Origin: Candidatus Heimdallarchaeota archaeon
GTDB taxonomy: Archaea; Asgardarchaeota; Heimdallarchaeia; Heimdallarchaeales; Heimdallarchaeaceae
Assembly (NCBI GenBank): GCA_021399395.1
Contig: JAAFKJ010000078.1
Span: 1 to 23,848 of the forward strand
DNA: 23,848 bases
Direction of reading: 5' to 3'
The translations under genes were made by a program, and so were the position numbers. Each line of letters starts with the position of its first letter. The first letter of the stretch is position 1. The notes beneath the pieces were generated by a model that did not search any database, was not told the origin of the DNA, and was given only the letters and a program-made list of their open reading frames with translations. Below, piece by piece: positions 1-8,865 of this stretch.

Positions 1-323
1 ACATTATCAGCTAACATTGCTCTTGATGAGTCAGCTACAAAGAGTAATCCATCTACTCCTTTCAATACTAACGATCTCTGATGACGATGTCTTCTTTGTC
101 CTGCAACTGTGTAAATATCTAAAATTACTGAAGAGGTTGCCATAAATGGACTAAAATCAAAATAGATTGTTCTTCCAGAAGGATCTTCTATACTGTTCAA
201 TCCTCCTTTTTTGATTCCAGTTACATCTGTATGAAGTTTTTTCAGTAGTGTAGTTTTGCCGGCTAAACTAGGTCCTACGAAGACTAGTTTAAAGTGCATT
301 TTACCTGATGCGTCTTTTCTCAT
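1..323 (-). CDS. mglA: MglA-type small GTPase, 3' end runs off the window
   Basis: Not in the ORF track; translated manually from ATG at 323: MRKDASGKMHFKLVFVGPSLAGKTTLLKKLH...EDPSGRTIYFDFSPF...LDIYTVAGQRRH...VLKGVDGLLFVADSS. P-loop GPSLAGKTT; MglA signatures RT(I/L)xFDF, YTVxGQ and LKGVDGxxFVADS. GAGGA RBS just upstream; directly follows a roadblock gene. Confidence 0.9.
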   Translation of the reverse strand, partial: MRKDASGKMHFKLVFVGPSLAGKTTLLKKLHTDVTGIKKGGLNSIEDPSGRTIYFDFSPFMATSSVILDIYTVAGQRRHRHQRSLVLKGVDGLLFVADSSRAMLADN

Positions 324-365
324 CGTTTCCTCATCAACTTTGAATATTGTATCCGTTCTTTAGGA

Positions 366-668
366 CTACTTATTTTTTTCTCTTAGGACAATTAGTACAT
401 AATCATTTTCTGGAGCAACTAGAATCTCACCTTGACTTGTGTCTAGGGTGAAGAAATTCAATTCTCCTTCATTGAGTTCAGTAACAACTGCCTTTGCTCT
501 TCCTACTAATGAGGCAACTAAAGCTGAAACATTTTCTCTCATTTCCATACTGAGATTACTTGTGCTAGAAATTGGTAGCCCGTCATTACTAGTGATAATT
601 ACTCCTCTTACCCCGGGATGAGACTCTAATGATTTTAGTGTCTCTTCAAATTGTTTTTGTGATATCAT
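366..668 (-). CDS. mglB: Roadblock/LC7 (MglB-like) domain protein
   Basis: 100 aa with the roadblock pattern [17 protein letters not shown]...VSALVASLV...GEILVAP...YVLIVL. GGAGA RBS at 676-680 (minus strand). Co-oriented upstream of the MglA-like GTPase. Confidence 0.9.
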   Translation of the reverse strand: MISQKQFEETLKSLESHPGVRGVIITSNDGLPISSTSNLSMEMRENVSALVASLVGRAKAVVTELNEGELNFFTLDTSQGEILVAPENDYVLIVLREKNK

Positions 669-913
669 TCGATAATCTCCTTTAATTTGGTACCATTGAT
701 TTTCAATGAATCTATTTACGTTGTTATATACTTATAATATTTCTTTTTTAAAAACTTATGATACTTCCCAAAGAATATGAGGATAATATTTTACACAATT
801 TTAGAGTGGAAAAGGTGGTATCTCTTTTAACAACTTTCTTTCAGCACCGAAATCTACATTAAGAATAAACGAAATCTAGAAATCATACCAATACCTTCTA
901 TGTGTTGTTTTAT

Positions 914-1594
914 ATGAATTCTCAAGACAAAATCCTTGAAGAGAAAAAAAGAATTCTTTCGAAATTGGGGTATCATAGAATTTCACTTAATGAAAGGATG
1001 GCAGATGCATTTCTGAAAGTTCCAAGAGAAGAGTTCGTTTTGGGAAATTATATGGATAGAGCTTATGTTGATACACCACTTCCTATTCTTGCAGGTCAGA
1101 CTATCAGTGCAATTCATATGGTTATGATTTATATCTCTCCATCTTGTACTGATCCACAAATAGGTGATAAAATACTAGAAATTGGTGCAGGAAGCGGATA
1201 TAATGCTGCAATGTTTGCAGAAATGGTTGCACCAGAAGGGTCAGATAATCCTGGGCATGTTTATGCGATTGAGATAATACCTGAATTGGTTGAATTTGCA
1301 AAGAATAACATAGAAAAGACAGGATATGGTGATAGGGTTACAATACTTCAATCCGATGGGGGTTTAGGTTTTCAACAGGAAGCACCATTTGATATTATTT
1401 CTGTAGCCGCAGCAAGTAAAACAATACCTCCTCCCTTGTTAGAACAATTAACTGTTGGCGGAAAACTGGTTATTCCTGTGGGTAAAAGGTTCTACCAAGA
1501 ATTGGTTCTGATAACTAGGGATCCAGACAATAAATACTCTGAAAGGAATATGGGTGGTGTTGCTTTTGTTCCACTCACTGGGAGATATGGTTGA
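914..1594 (+). CDS. pcm: Protein-L-isoaspartate O-methyltransferase
   Basis: AFLKVPREEF, AYVDTPLPI, GQTISAIHMV, SAM motif ILEIGAGSGY, APFDII, GGKLVIPVG, C-terminal VAFVPL. ATG 914 preferred over GTG 902. Confidence 0.95.
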   Translation: MNSQDKILEEKKRILSKLGYHRISLNERMADAFLKVPREEFVLGNYMDRAYVDTPLPILAGQTISAIHMVMIYISPSCTDPQIGDKILEIGAGSGYNAAMFAEMVAPEGSDNPGHVYAIEIIPELVEFAKNNIEKTGYGDRVTILQSDGGLGFQQEAPFDIISVAAASKTIPPPLLEQLTVGGKLVIPVGKRFYQELVLITRDPDNKYSERNMGGVAFVPLTGRYG

Positions 1595-1661
1595 TTTTCC
1601 TCTTATTAGGCAAATTTTTTAACTTTCATCAATTATATTCAATTGTTAGGAGTGCTTGAAA

Positions 1662-2699
1662 ATGGGTGTAAAGAAAATAAGTGATTTGTTTCAAGGAACC
1701 CCAATAGAAATAGACCAACTCAGGCAAAAGAAATTAGCTGTTGATGCTTACAATATTATTTACCAATTTCTTGCTTCAATCCGAGGTTTTGATGGAAGTT
1801 TATTATCAGACGGAGAAGGAACCATAACCAGCCATCTTACAGGTTTATTGTATCGAAATGCTAGATTGTTGGAGAAGGGAGTAAAACTTGTGTACGTTTT
1901 CGATGGAAAACCCTCACAATTGAAGCGAGAAGAAATAAAACGAAGATCTGAAGTTAAAGCAAAAGCTAGAGTAGAATTAGAAGAAGCACTAGAAAGAGGA
2001 GACATGGAACGTGCTCGAACTGTGGCTCAAAGAACAAGTAAATTGACCAGACCAATGGTCGAAGATAGTAAAAAACTTCTGAAACATCTTGGCATCCCTG
2101 TAGTAGAAGCCCCTCAAGAAGGTGAATCTCAAGCAGCATATTTAGTTCAACAAAAGAAGGTTTGGGGAGTGGCATCACAAGATTATGACAGTTTATTATT
2201 TGGTTCACCGACTCTAATTAGAAACTTAACTCTATCAGGTCGTAGAAAGCTCCCTAAATCAAATCGGTATATTACGGTAAATGTTGAAGAATATCGTCAG
2301 CATGAATTGCTTCAAGCTTTGGACATCTCTCGAGAACAGCTGATTGATATGTCTATTCTAATTGGAACTGATTTTAATCCCGATGGGGTTAAAGGAGTTG
2401 GTCCAAAGACGGCATATAAGTTGGTTAAGGAGCATGGAAATCTAGAAACTGTTCTGGAAAAAGAGGAAAAAATTGTTTTAGATGTTGACTATGATGCAGT
2501 TAGAGAGATTTTCTTAAATCCTGTAATCAGTAAGGAATTTGATCTTAATTTTGAACCCATAGATATTGATGGTGCTGTTGAATTCCTTTGTGATGAAAGA
2601 GGATTCAGTAAAGATCGAGTCTATGGTACCTTACAAAAAGCAAAGAAAGGTCAAGAAACTGCTTTGAAACAAAAAAGCCTTGATTCATTTTTCGGATGA
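1662..2699 (+). CDS. fen1: Flap endonuclease 1 (archaeal FEN1)
   Basis: MGV start, AVDAYNIIYQFL, VYVFDGKP, EGESQAAY, SQDYDSLLFG, GTDFNPDGVKGVGPKTA, and C-terminal PCNA-binding PIP box QKSLDSFF. AGGAG RBS at 1648-1652 favours ATG 1662. Confidence 0.97.
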   Translation: MGVKKISDLFQGTPIEIDQLRQKKLAVDAYNIIYQFLASIRGFDGSLLSDGEGTITSHLTGLLYRNARLLEKGVKLVYVFDGKPSQLKREEIKRRSEVKAKARVELEEALERGDMERARTVAQRTSKLTRPMVEDSKKLLKHLGIPVVEAPQEGESQAAYLVQQKKVWGVASQDYDSLLFGSPTLIRNLTLSGRRKLPKSNRYITVNVEEYRQHELLQALDISREQLIDMSILIGTDFNPDGVKGVGPKTAYKLVKEHGNLETVLEKEEKIVLDVDYDAVREIFLNPVISKEFDLNFEPIDIDGAVEFLCDERGFSKDRVYGTLQKAKKGQETALKQKSLDSFFG

Positions 2700-2706
2700 T
2701 GATGTT

Positions 2707-3954
2707 ATGATATCCAAATATTCTGTTTTTGTTAAATGTGGATCAAATAGAGAATTATCTAAGTTGGAGACATCATCTCTTCTCGAAAGACTAAACCCAA
2801 AGGATTTTTCTTTTCAAGAATGGAAACAAAATCTGCTTCTGAAACTTTCAGAGAATGAGAGGGGACGATTCTTTAAATTGCTTGAACATACAGGCAGTAT
2901 AGTTAAATCTGGTGTTTTAGAAATTGAAGAAAACATCCAAAGAGAAAAAGAATGGAAACTTGAGCTAAGAAAATTATTAGATAAAACCGTTCGGAAGAAA
3001 TATGCACAAACAAAAAAACAACTCAAGGTTTCAATTAGTATTCAAAGTAACTCAAATGAAGTTACAACTAAAATTCACAAAAATACTCAGAGAATACTTC
3101 GAGATTTATCAGCTGATTCCGATATACCAATAAAGATTTTGAAGCTAAAAAATGAAAACTTTGAGCAAACTCCCTTTCAATATCATAAAGAGAATATATC
3201 TAGAAGAGGGTTTGAAGTTACGGGATTTGTAATTAAATCTAAAGTCTTCTTTGGAATAACTAAATGGGTTACAAATCCATTAGTGGATATCAAACAAGAT
3301 GAAGGAAGAAAAGTACGATTCTTTACACATGGTACTTCAATAAAACTTGCAAGAAGTTTAGTGTTTCTTTCACAAATTCAGAAAGGAGGAACACTGCTTG
3401 ACCCATTCTGCGGAACTGGTACTATTCTACTTGAGGGTTTAAAGCAAGGACTAAATGTAATAGGTATAGATAAAGATCCAAAGTGTTTCAGAGCTTCAAA
3501 AGAGAATCTTAACCAATATACTCTACATTTTCCTTCAAAAAATCAAGTAAAAGAAAAATGGAAAGTGTTTAAACAAGATTCTCGTCATCTTTCAACAATA
3601 CTGACTAACAAAGTAGAAGCTATTGTTACAGAACCTTACCTCGGTCCTTTTCTGAATGAACTCCCTGAAGAGTATGAAGCAGAAAGTATAATGAGTAACT
3701 TAGAACAACTTTATGTCTCAGTTTTAAAAACAAGCAAAGAATTTCTAAAGACGAATTCGAAAGTGGTTATGATTGTACCTGAATATCAGTATTCAGATAA
3801 ATTAGTGATCAAACCAAACATAGAAAAAATAGCAAACAGAAGTTCACTGGTGCTTGAAACTGAAAGCGCATTCTTCTCACTAACAACCCCCATTTCAATA
3901 GGTCGTAAACACAACATCATTGGTAGAAGATTGGCAGTGTTTTCAAAATCTTGA
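2707..3954 (+). CDS. Trm11/TrmG10-like SAM-dependent RNA methyltransferase
   Basis: C-terminal class I MTase: KLARSLV, LLDPFCGTGTILLEG, VIGIDKD, motif IV variant IVTEPYLGP. The N-terminal half is divergent (possible THUMP-like region). ATG 2707 lies 7 nt after the fen1 stop. Confidence 0.7.
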   Translation: MISKYSVFVKCGSNRELSKLETSSLLERLNPKDFSFQEWKQNLLLKLSENERGRFFKLLEHTGSIVKSGVLEIEENIQREKEWKLELRKLLDKTVRKKYAQTKKQLKVSISIQSNSNEVTTKIHKNTQRILRDLSADSDIPIKILKLKNENFEQTPFQYHKENISRRGFEVTGFVIKSKVFFGITKWVTNPLVDIKQDEGRKVRFFTHGTSIKLARSLVFLSQIQKGGTLLDPFCGTGTILLEGLKQGLNVIGIDKDPKCFRASKENLNQYTLHFPSKNQVKEKWKVFKQDSRHLSTILTNKVEAIVTEPYLGPFLNELPEEYEAESIMSNLEQLYVSVLKTSKEFLKTNSKVVMIVPEYQYSDKLVIKPNIEKIANRSSLVLETESAFFSLTTPISIGRKHNIIGRRLAVFSKS

Positions 3955-4011
3955 TTTTTATGTAATAGAAAGAATGATATCGAACGAAAAAACAGCTTTT
4001 TTAGATATTGA

Positions 4012-4278
4012 CTAATCTTCCCCTATTGCTAAAAAGCTCATATCTTTTGTCATTTTTTGAATACGTCTTTTTGTTTTGGATATCCATCTTACATGAATCA
4101 AACCTTGGTTTTCTAATGTCATAAGTGCTTTGTTTAGCTCTGAATCAGAATAATCACCATACATATCCTTTAGAGGATTTTCAAGATCATTCTCAAGAAC
4201 TACTCCTCCTCGTTTTTCCAGTATGGCAAGAATACATGATTTCAAAGGTGTAACTTTCCACATGCCATTTGAGCTCAT
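4012..4278 (-). CDS. Small winged-helix protein
   Basis: 88 aa with wHTH pattern ILAILEKRGG...SELNKALMTLENQGLIHVRW...RRIQ. A TTTAAA TATA box at 4301-4306 is placed for a leaderless transcript. Confidence 0.75.
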   Translation of the reverse strand: MSSNGMWKVTPLKSCILAILEKRGGVVLENDLENPLKDMYGDYSDSELNKALMTLENQGLIHVRWISKTKRRIQKMTKDMSFLAIGED

Positions 4279-4300
4279 GGATAAAATTACGGCACAAGGG

Positions 4301-4306
4301 TTTAAA
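4301..4306 (-). promoter_or_regulatory. TATA box for the wHTH gene (leaderless)
   Basis: TTTAAA 22 nt upstream of ATG 4278; no RBS visible. Confidence 0.5.
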
Positions 4307-4410
4307 TGCCTTGTGTTTGAGAAAAATGTTCATAGTGATTCACATCTCCGCTAAATATACTTGGGAACAAAAAACTTATTATTAGTTAAATTTTGAGTGC
4401 TTCAGTCATC

Positions 4411-4587
4411 ATGAACGCACGAGCTAGAATATTCCTGATATTTTTTATGTCAATAGGTATTATATTTCTAATAATCGCAATAGTACAACACCAAGCATTG
4501 TATTATGATTCATTCAGTCTTTTCTCAGAGGCTAAACTGAAGGATTTCTTAGATGTTTATGTTTCTGGAATTCCTAAACCATGGTAA
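4411..4587 (+). CDS. Small single-pass membrane protein, probable partner of the downstream polyferredoxin
   Basis: One strongly hydrophobic segment IFLIFFMSIGIIFLIIAIV after a basic N-terminus. AAAAACTTATTA promoter-like element about 30 nt upstream of ATG 4411. Ends 22 nt before the next gene. Confidence 0.65.
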   Translation: MNARARIFLIFFMSIGIIFLIIAIVQHQALYYDSFSLFSEAKLKDFLDVYVSGIPKPW

Positions 4588-4609
4588 ATACAAAAAGTAA
4601 GTGAATAAA

Positions 4610-5533
4610 ATGGCAACAAAGCAATTAAAACCACTCCTTTCCAGTGCACTACGTCCATTTAAAGACCATCGTATTAGAATTGTTCGTTTCATTGTTCAAT
4701 TTATAATGTTTGGATTGATAAATGGGCTGGTTTTTGGTCTCGCAAGAATACCAGTACTTCTTCCAATAGCTTTTCCATCTGGTGGTCCATTTACCGTTGT
4801 ATGGAACGCATTTGAAGCTCTGCAGTATTTACTTACAATGTGGGTTTTCCCCTATCTAGCTTTATCTATATTCTTGCTATTTGGCTCGATTCTAGGAAAA
4901 ACAACTTGTGGATGGGTATGCCCATTTGGTTTGTTCCAAGATTTATTTAGATTGATACCCATAAAGAAGAAAAAAGTCTCACGTCCAACTGATAAAACTC
5001 TAAATAGAATGGGGATGGCTGTAACAGTCTTCATTCTGATAATGTCTTTCATAATTGGTTTAACATACTTTAATACCGGATCAAAAACCTCTTTTGGAGC
5101 AGGTAAAGACATGCCGTATAGTACAATAGATCCTTCATCTACTCTATTTGGAACTTTATACTATTACTTAGAATGGGGAATGCAGAACGCTACATTTGGA
5201 CAAGAAATTGGACAATGGACATTTGTATTCTTTCTTAGGATTATAATCTTTGCAGCCGTATTGGTACTCATCGTACTTTATCCTCGTTCATATTGTAGAT
5301 GGTTCTGCCCAACAGGAATTATGTTAGGATTATTTAGCAAATACAGTCTTTTCGGATTGCAAATAAACAAGAATAGATGTGCAAGTGGTTGTGATAGTTG
5401 CGAAAAAGCTTGTCCTACTCAAGTACCGATATTGCAATACGATAAAGATGTTACTAATAAACAGTGCATTAACTGTGGAGAGTGTATTGATGCATGTAAG
5501 GAAGGAGCTCTTAAACTGAAGTTCCGACTTTAA
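4610..5533 (+). CDS. NapH/YccM-like polytopic membrane 4Fe-4S binding protein
   Basis: Several TM helices, two CxxxCP motifs (GKTTCGWVCPFG, RSYCRWFCPTG) and a C-terminal 2x[4Fe-4S] domain (CASGCDSCEKACP, CINCGECIDAC). Start is ATG 4610 or GTG 4601. Confidence 0.88.
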   Translation: MATKQLKPLLSSALRPFKDHRIRIVRFIVQFIMFGLINGLVFGLARIPVLLPIAFPSGGPFTVVWNAFEALQYLLTMWVFPYLALSIFLLFGSILGKTTCGWVCPFGLFQDLFRLIPIKKKKVSRPTDKTLNRMGMAVTVFILIMSFIIGLTYFNTGSKTSFGAGKDMPYSTIDPSSTLFGTLYYYLEWGMQNATFGQEIGQWTFVFFLRIIIFAAVLVLIVLYPRSYCRWFCPTGIMLGLFSKYSLFGLQINKNRCASGCDSCEKACPTQVPILQYDKDVTNKQCINCGECIDACKEGALKLKFRL

Positions 5534-5563
5534 TTCTTTTCTCTTCTTTTTATACTTCTTTCT
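5534..5563 (+). terminator. Pyrimidine/T-tract archaeal terminator
   Basis: TTCTTTTCTCTTCTTTTTATACTTCTTTCT immediately after the stop codon. Confidence 0.55.
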
Positions 5564-5629
5564 CGTGTTTATGGATAGTAGAGGAAAAAAATTTGTGGTT
5601 TTATACTGAACAATCTAATTAAAGTTAAT

Positions 5630-5651
5630 CCGATAAAATAGTGTTTATAAA
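5630..5651 (+). promoter_or_regulatory. BRE/TATA promoter of cdc48
   Basis: Purine-rich CGATAAAATA followed by TTTATAAA (5644-5651). GAGGA RBS at 5699-5703 before ATG 5711. Confidence 0.6.
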
Positions 5652-5710
5652 GCTCCAATATTAAATCAAAAACAGATTAAAACTCTATATTATTACTTGA
5701 GGAATAATAA

Positions 5711-7897
5711 ATGGCTGATAAAGATATAACCCTTAGAGTGGCAGAAGCTAAACAAAGAGATGTAGGCCGAGGAAAAGTTCGACTTGATAGCATGGCCATG
5801 TCTAAAATTGGTGTTTCTACAGGAGATATTGTAGAGATTGTAGGTAAGCGTTCAACAACCGCAGTAGCCTGGCCATCATATCCTGAGGATTTGAAGAAAG
5901 AAATTGTAAGGTGTGATGGAGTTATTCGCAGAAATGCTGGTGTTTCCCTTGGAGATAAAGTTGTTGTAAAGAAAGCTAAGGTTAGTGTTGCACGTCAAGT
6001 AACTCTAGCACCTGAACAAATGTCTGTGAATATTGATTTTAGTTTCGAAAATTTTGTAAAAAGAAAATTATTAGGGCAGCCACTTTCTAGAAAAGATACT
6101 GTTCTTATTCCTATTCTTGGAAGAGCTATTCCTTTCAATGTTGTAAGTACAGTTCCCTCTGGGATAGTAGTCGTAACAGAAGGAACTCAACTCAAAGTTG
6201 CAGAAAAACCATTAGTTGAAGGAGAAAAAGCTGCTCCAAGTATTTCATATGAGGATATAGGAGGTCTTCACCAAGAAATTCTTAAGATCAGAGAAATGGT
6301 TGAACTTCCACTTAAATTCCCACAACTATTTGAAAAACTAGGAATTGACCCACCAAAGGGTGTTCTTTTGCATGGTCCTCCTGGTTGTGGAAAAACATTA
6401 ATTGCCCGTGCAGTGGCAAATGAATCAGAAGCTCATTTTATTGTTATAAACGGACCAGAAATTATGTCCAAATTCTATGGTGAGTCTGAACAGAGACTAC
6501 GAAGTATCTTCAAGGATGCTGACGAGAACTCACCAAGTATTGTATTTATAGACGAATTGGATGCAATAGCTCCAAAAAGAGAAGATGTTACTGGTGAAGT
6601 TGAACGTAGAGTTGTAGCACAATTATTAGCCTTAATGGATGGCATGGTTGGTCGTGGTCAAGTTATTGTTATCGGTGCAACCAATCGTCCTAATGCGGTT
6701 GATCCAGCTCTCAGAAGACCAGGCAGATTTGATAGAGAAATTGAGATACATGTTCCTGACAGAGATAGTAGAGAAGAGATTATGCTTATTCATACCAGAG
6801 GAATGCCATTAGCTCCAGATGTAGAACTCAAATCACTTGCTGATGTAACTCACGGATATGTGGGTGCAGATTTAGAAGCCTTATCTCGAGAAGCAGCAAT
6901 GAAAACTTTGCGTAGAGTCTTGCCATCAGTAAATCTAGAGGAAGAAAGTATTCCTGCAGATATTTTAGATAAATTAGAAGTAACTCATGATGATTTTGTC
7001 CAAGCCCGAAAAGAAATAACTCCTACAGCTGTTAGAGAAGTATACATCGAGTCTCCAGATATCCCATGGGAGGATGTTGGAGGACTTAAATCAGTAATTA
7101 ATGAAATTCGAGAAGCAATAGAATGGCCTTTAACACATCCCGAAGCATTCAAACGAATTGGGATTAAACCTCCAAGAGGAATTCTACTTTATGGTCCTCC
7201 TGGTTGTGGTAAAACACTGCTTGCTAAAGCAGTAGCAACAGAGTCTGATGCAAATTTCATTTCAGTCAAAGGTCCGGAAGTCTTGTCTAAATGGGTAGGT
7301 GAGAGTGAAAAAGCAATTCGTGAAGTTTTCAGAAAAGCTAGAATGGCATCTCCTTCGATTGTTTTCTTTGATGAAATCGACTCTCTAACACCGATTAGAG
7401 GTATGTCATCTGATAGTAATGTAACAGAAAGAGTGATCAGCCAACTATTAACTGAATTAGATGGTCTCGTAGAGCTGAAGGATATTGTAGTGATCGCAGC
7501 AACAAACAGACCAGATATTGTTGATCCTGCTTTACTCAGACCAGGACGTTTTGACAGATTAATAAATATTGATGCACCAAATCAGAAAGGAAGACTTGAG
7601 ATTCTCAAGATCTATACTCGAGATATGCCGATCGATTCTTCAGTTGTATTGAAAGATCTAGCTTCTTCAACAGAAGGTTTTGTTGGAAGTGACATAGAAG
7701 CGTTATGTAGAGAAGCAGGAATGATTGCATTAAGAACTGATTTCGAGATTGAGAAAATCACCATGGAACATTTCAATAAAGCTCTAGTGAAGGTTTTTCC
7801 AACAGTAACCCCCGATGTAATCAAATACTACAAGAAGGTTGAAGAAAAATTCAAGCAACCAAGTCACATTACTAGTCCAAAGATAGGGTACACATAA
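5711..7897 (+). CDS. cdc48: Cdc48/VAT (p97-like) AAA+ ATPase
   Basis: N-domain [17 protein letters not shown] and two AAA modules (GPPGCGKT x2; Walker B FIDELD and FFDEID; [13 protein letters not shown] and [10 protein letters not shown]). C-terminal ...IGYT with penultimate Tyr (HbYX-like). Confidence 0.98.
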   Translation: MADKDITLRVAEAKQRDVGRGKVRLDSMAMSKIGVSTGDIVEIVGKRSTTAVAWPSYPEDLKKEIVRCDGVIRRNAGVSLGDKVVVKKAKVSVARQVTLAPEQMSVNIDFSFENFVKRKLLGQPLSRKDTVLIPILGRAIPFNVVSTVPSGIVVVTEGTQLKVAEKPLVEGEKAAPSISYEDIGGLHQEILKIREMVELPLKFPQLFEKLGIDPPKGVLLHGPPGCGKTLIARAVANESEAHFIVINGPEIMSKFYGESEQRLRSIFKDADENSPSIVFIDELDAIAPKREDVTGEVERRVVAQLLALMDGMVGRGQVIVIGATNRPNAVDPALRRPGRFDREIEIHVPDRDSREEIMLIHTRGMPLAPDVELKSLADVTHGYVGADLEALSREAAMKTLRRVLPSVNLEEESIPADILDKLEVTHDDFVQARKEITPTAVREVYIESPDIPWEDVGGLKSVINEIREAIEWPLTHPEAFKRIGIKPPRGILLYGPPGCGKTLLAKAVATESDANFISVKGPEVLSKWVGESEKAIREVFRKARMASPSIVFFDEIDSLTPIRGMSSDSNVTERVISQLLTELDGLVELKDIVVIAATNRPDIVDPALLRPGRFDRLINIDAPNQKGRLEILKIYTRDMPIDSSVVLKDLASSTEGFVGSDIEALCREAGMIALRTDFEIEKITMEHFNKALVKVFPTVTPDVIKYYKKVEEKFKQPSHITSPKIGYT

Positions 7898-7898
7898 A

Positions 7899-7920
7899 CC
7901 CCTTCCTTTTATTTTTCATT
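7899..7920 (+). terminator. Pyrimidine/T-tract terminator after cdc48
   Basis: CCCCTTCCTTTTATTTTTCATT directly after the stop codon. Confidence 0.55.
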
Positions 7921-8008
7921 AATCCTTTTGTTAATAGATTATACGAAAAATTAAACAAATTTTTAAGTATTAACACACGTTGTAGAATCTTGAAGGGTTG
8001 TTTGTACG

Positions 8009-8860
8009 TTGATGGGGTTCTATATAGTCAACAAGAAAAAAATGGAAGTTTTATTCTGTAGGCCTTTAACCGTTAATGCAGATGAAACTGAAATAGACAT
8101 GCTTATTGAGATGCTTCTAGACTTCTATGTTAAGTCAGAAGATAAAACAACATTGAAAGAGTTACAACTTCTCAAATTTGCTCAAACAAAAGTACTATTT
8201 ATGAGTAAATTTTCATTCCTTTTCATTCTTTTAAGCCCTCCTAACTACTCTACAGAAATGGTTTCATCACAATTATTCTTTTTCATGAAATTATTTCTAA
8301 ATGCATTTGAAATCAAAGATACTAAGAGCGCTGAAGAATTTTTGAATGAGCTAGAAGGTATCAAACGAAGAGAAGTATCTGAATCTCTTTCTCATTCATT
8401 TCTATTATGGAATGTACTAGATTTACACATAGAAGACATAGATAAAAGAAATATGATTGAAGTCTTTGAAAACGTATTAAATTCGATCTGGCTAGGTCTT
8501 CGCATGCATTGTGTCGAAAATGAGAAAAACCTATCATCTACTCTAATTCAAGATGTAAAGAAACAACTCAAAGGTTACATAGACAAAAATGCATTCACCA
8601 TTAGAGAATCCTATGAATTGAATGAGAGTGAGGGATTTATTTTTAGTGATATTGATATTCAGAAAGGTACAACAACAGAAATAAAAAGAGAATTTCTTTT
8701 GCTTGTAAAAACCTTTATGGAAATTATTGAAGAACAACTGACTATTGAAGGATTACGTCAGATTATAGCTTTGAAGATTCCTTCTACTATGAAAGTAGAA
8801 TGGGAAAGAATGCAAGGATTGAGCATTTTACAAGATATTCTAAATCAGGTGTGGAGGTAA
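8009..8860 (+). CDS. Putative longin-domain protein with a helical C-terminal domain
   Basis: The N-terminal ~105 aa read as beta-beta-alpha-beta-beta-beta-alpha (GFYIVN / EVLFCR / helix IDMLIEMLLDFY / LQLLKF / TKVLFM / FLFILLS / helix VSSQLFFFMKLFLNAF), the longin pattern. Its stop lies 5 nt before the Rab-like ATG. The fold call is by eye. Confidence 0.6.
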   Translation: MMGFYIVNKKKMEVLFCRPLTVNADETEIDMLIEMLLDFYVKSEDKTTLKELQLLKFAQTKVLFMSKFSFLFILLSPPNYSTEMVSSQLFFFMKLFLNAFEIKDTKSAEEFLNELEGIKRREVSESLSHSFLLWNVLDLHIEDIDKRNMIEVFENVLNSIWLGLRMHCVENEKNLSSTLIQDVKKQLKGYIDKNAFTIRESYELNESEGFIFSDIDIQKGTTTEIKREFLLLVKTFMEIIEEQLTIEGLRQIIALKIPSTMKVEWERMQGLSILQDILNQVWR

Positions 8861-8865
8861 ATAAA

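Noticed and set aside
324-368. Roadblock and MglA ORFs are in the same frame (42-nt spacer), suggesting a read-through roadblock-GTPase fusion
   Set aside because: The TAG is followed by TCC TAA, a second in-frame stop, and MglA has its own GAGGA RBS.
755-860. Possible C/D-box sRNA in the roadblock-pcm intergenic region (ATGAGGA ... CCGA)
   Set aside because: Both boxes are non-consensus and no convincing C'/D' pair or terminal stem was found.
8800-8865. 22-aa N-terminal extension of the Rab-like GTPase in the ORF track
   Set aside because: It overlaps the upstream gene; the GGAGG RBS and G-domain start point to ATG 8866.
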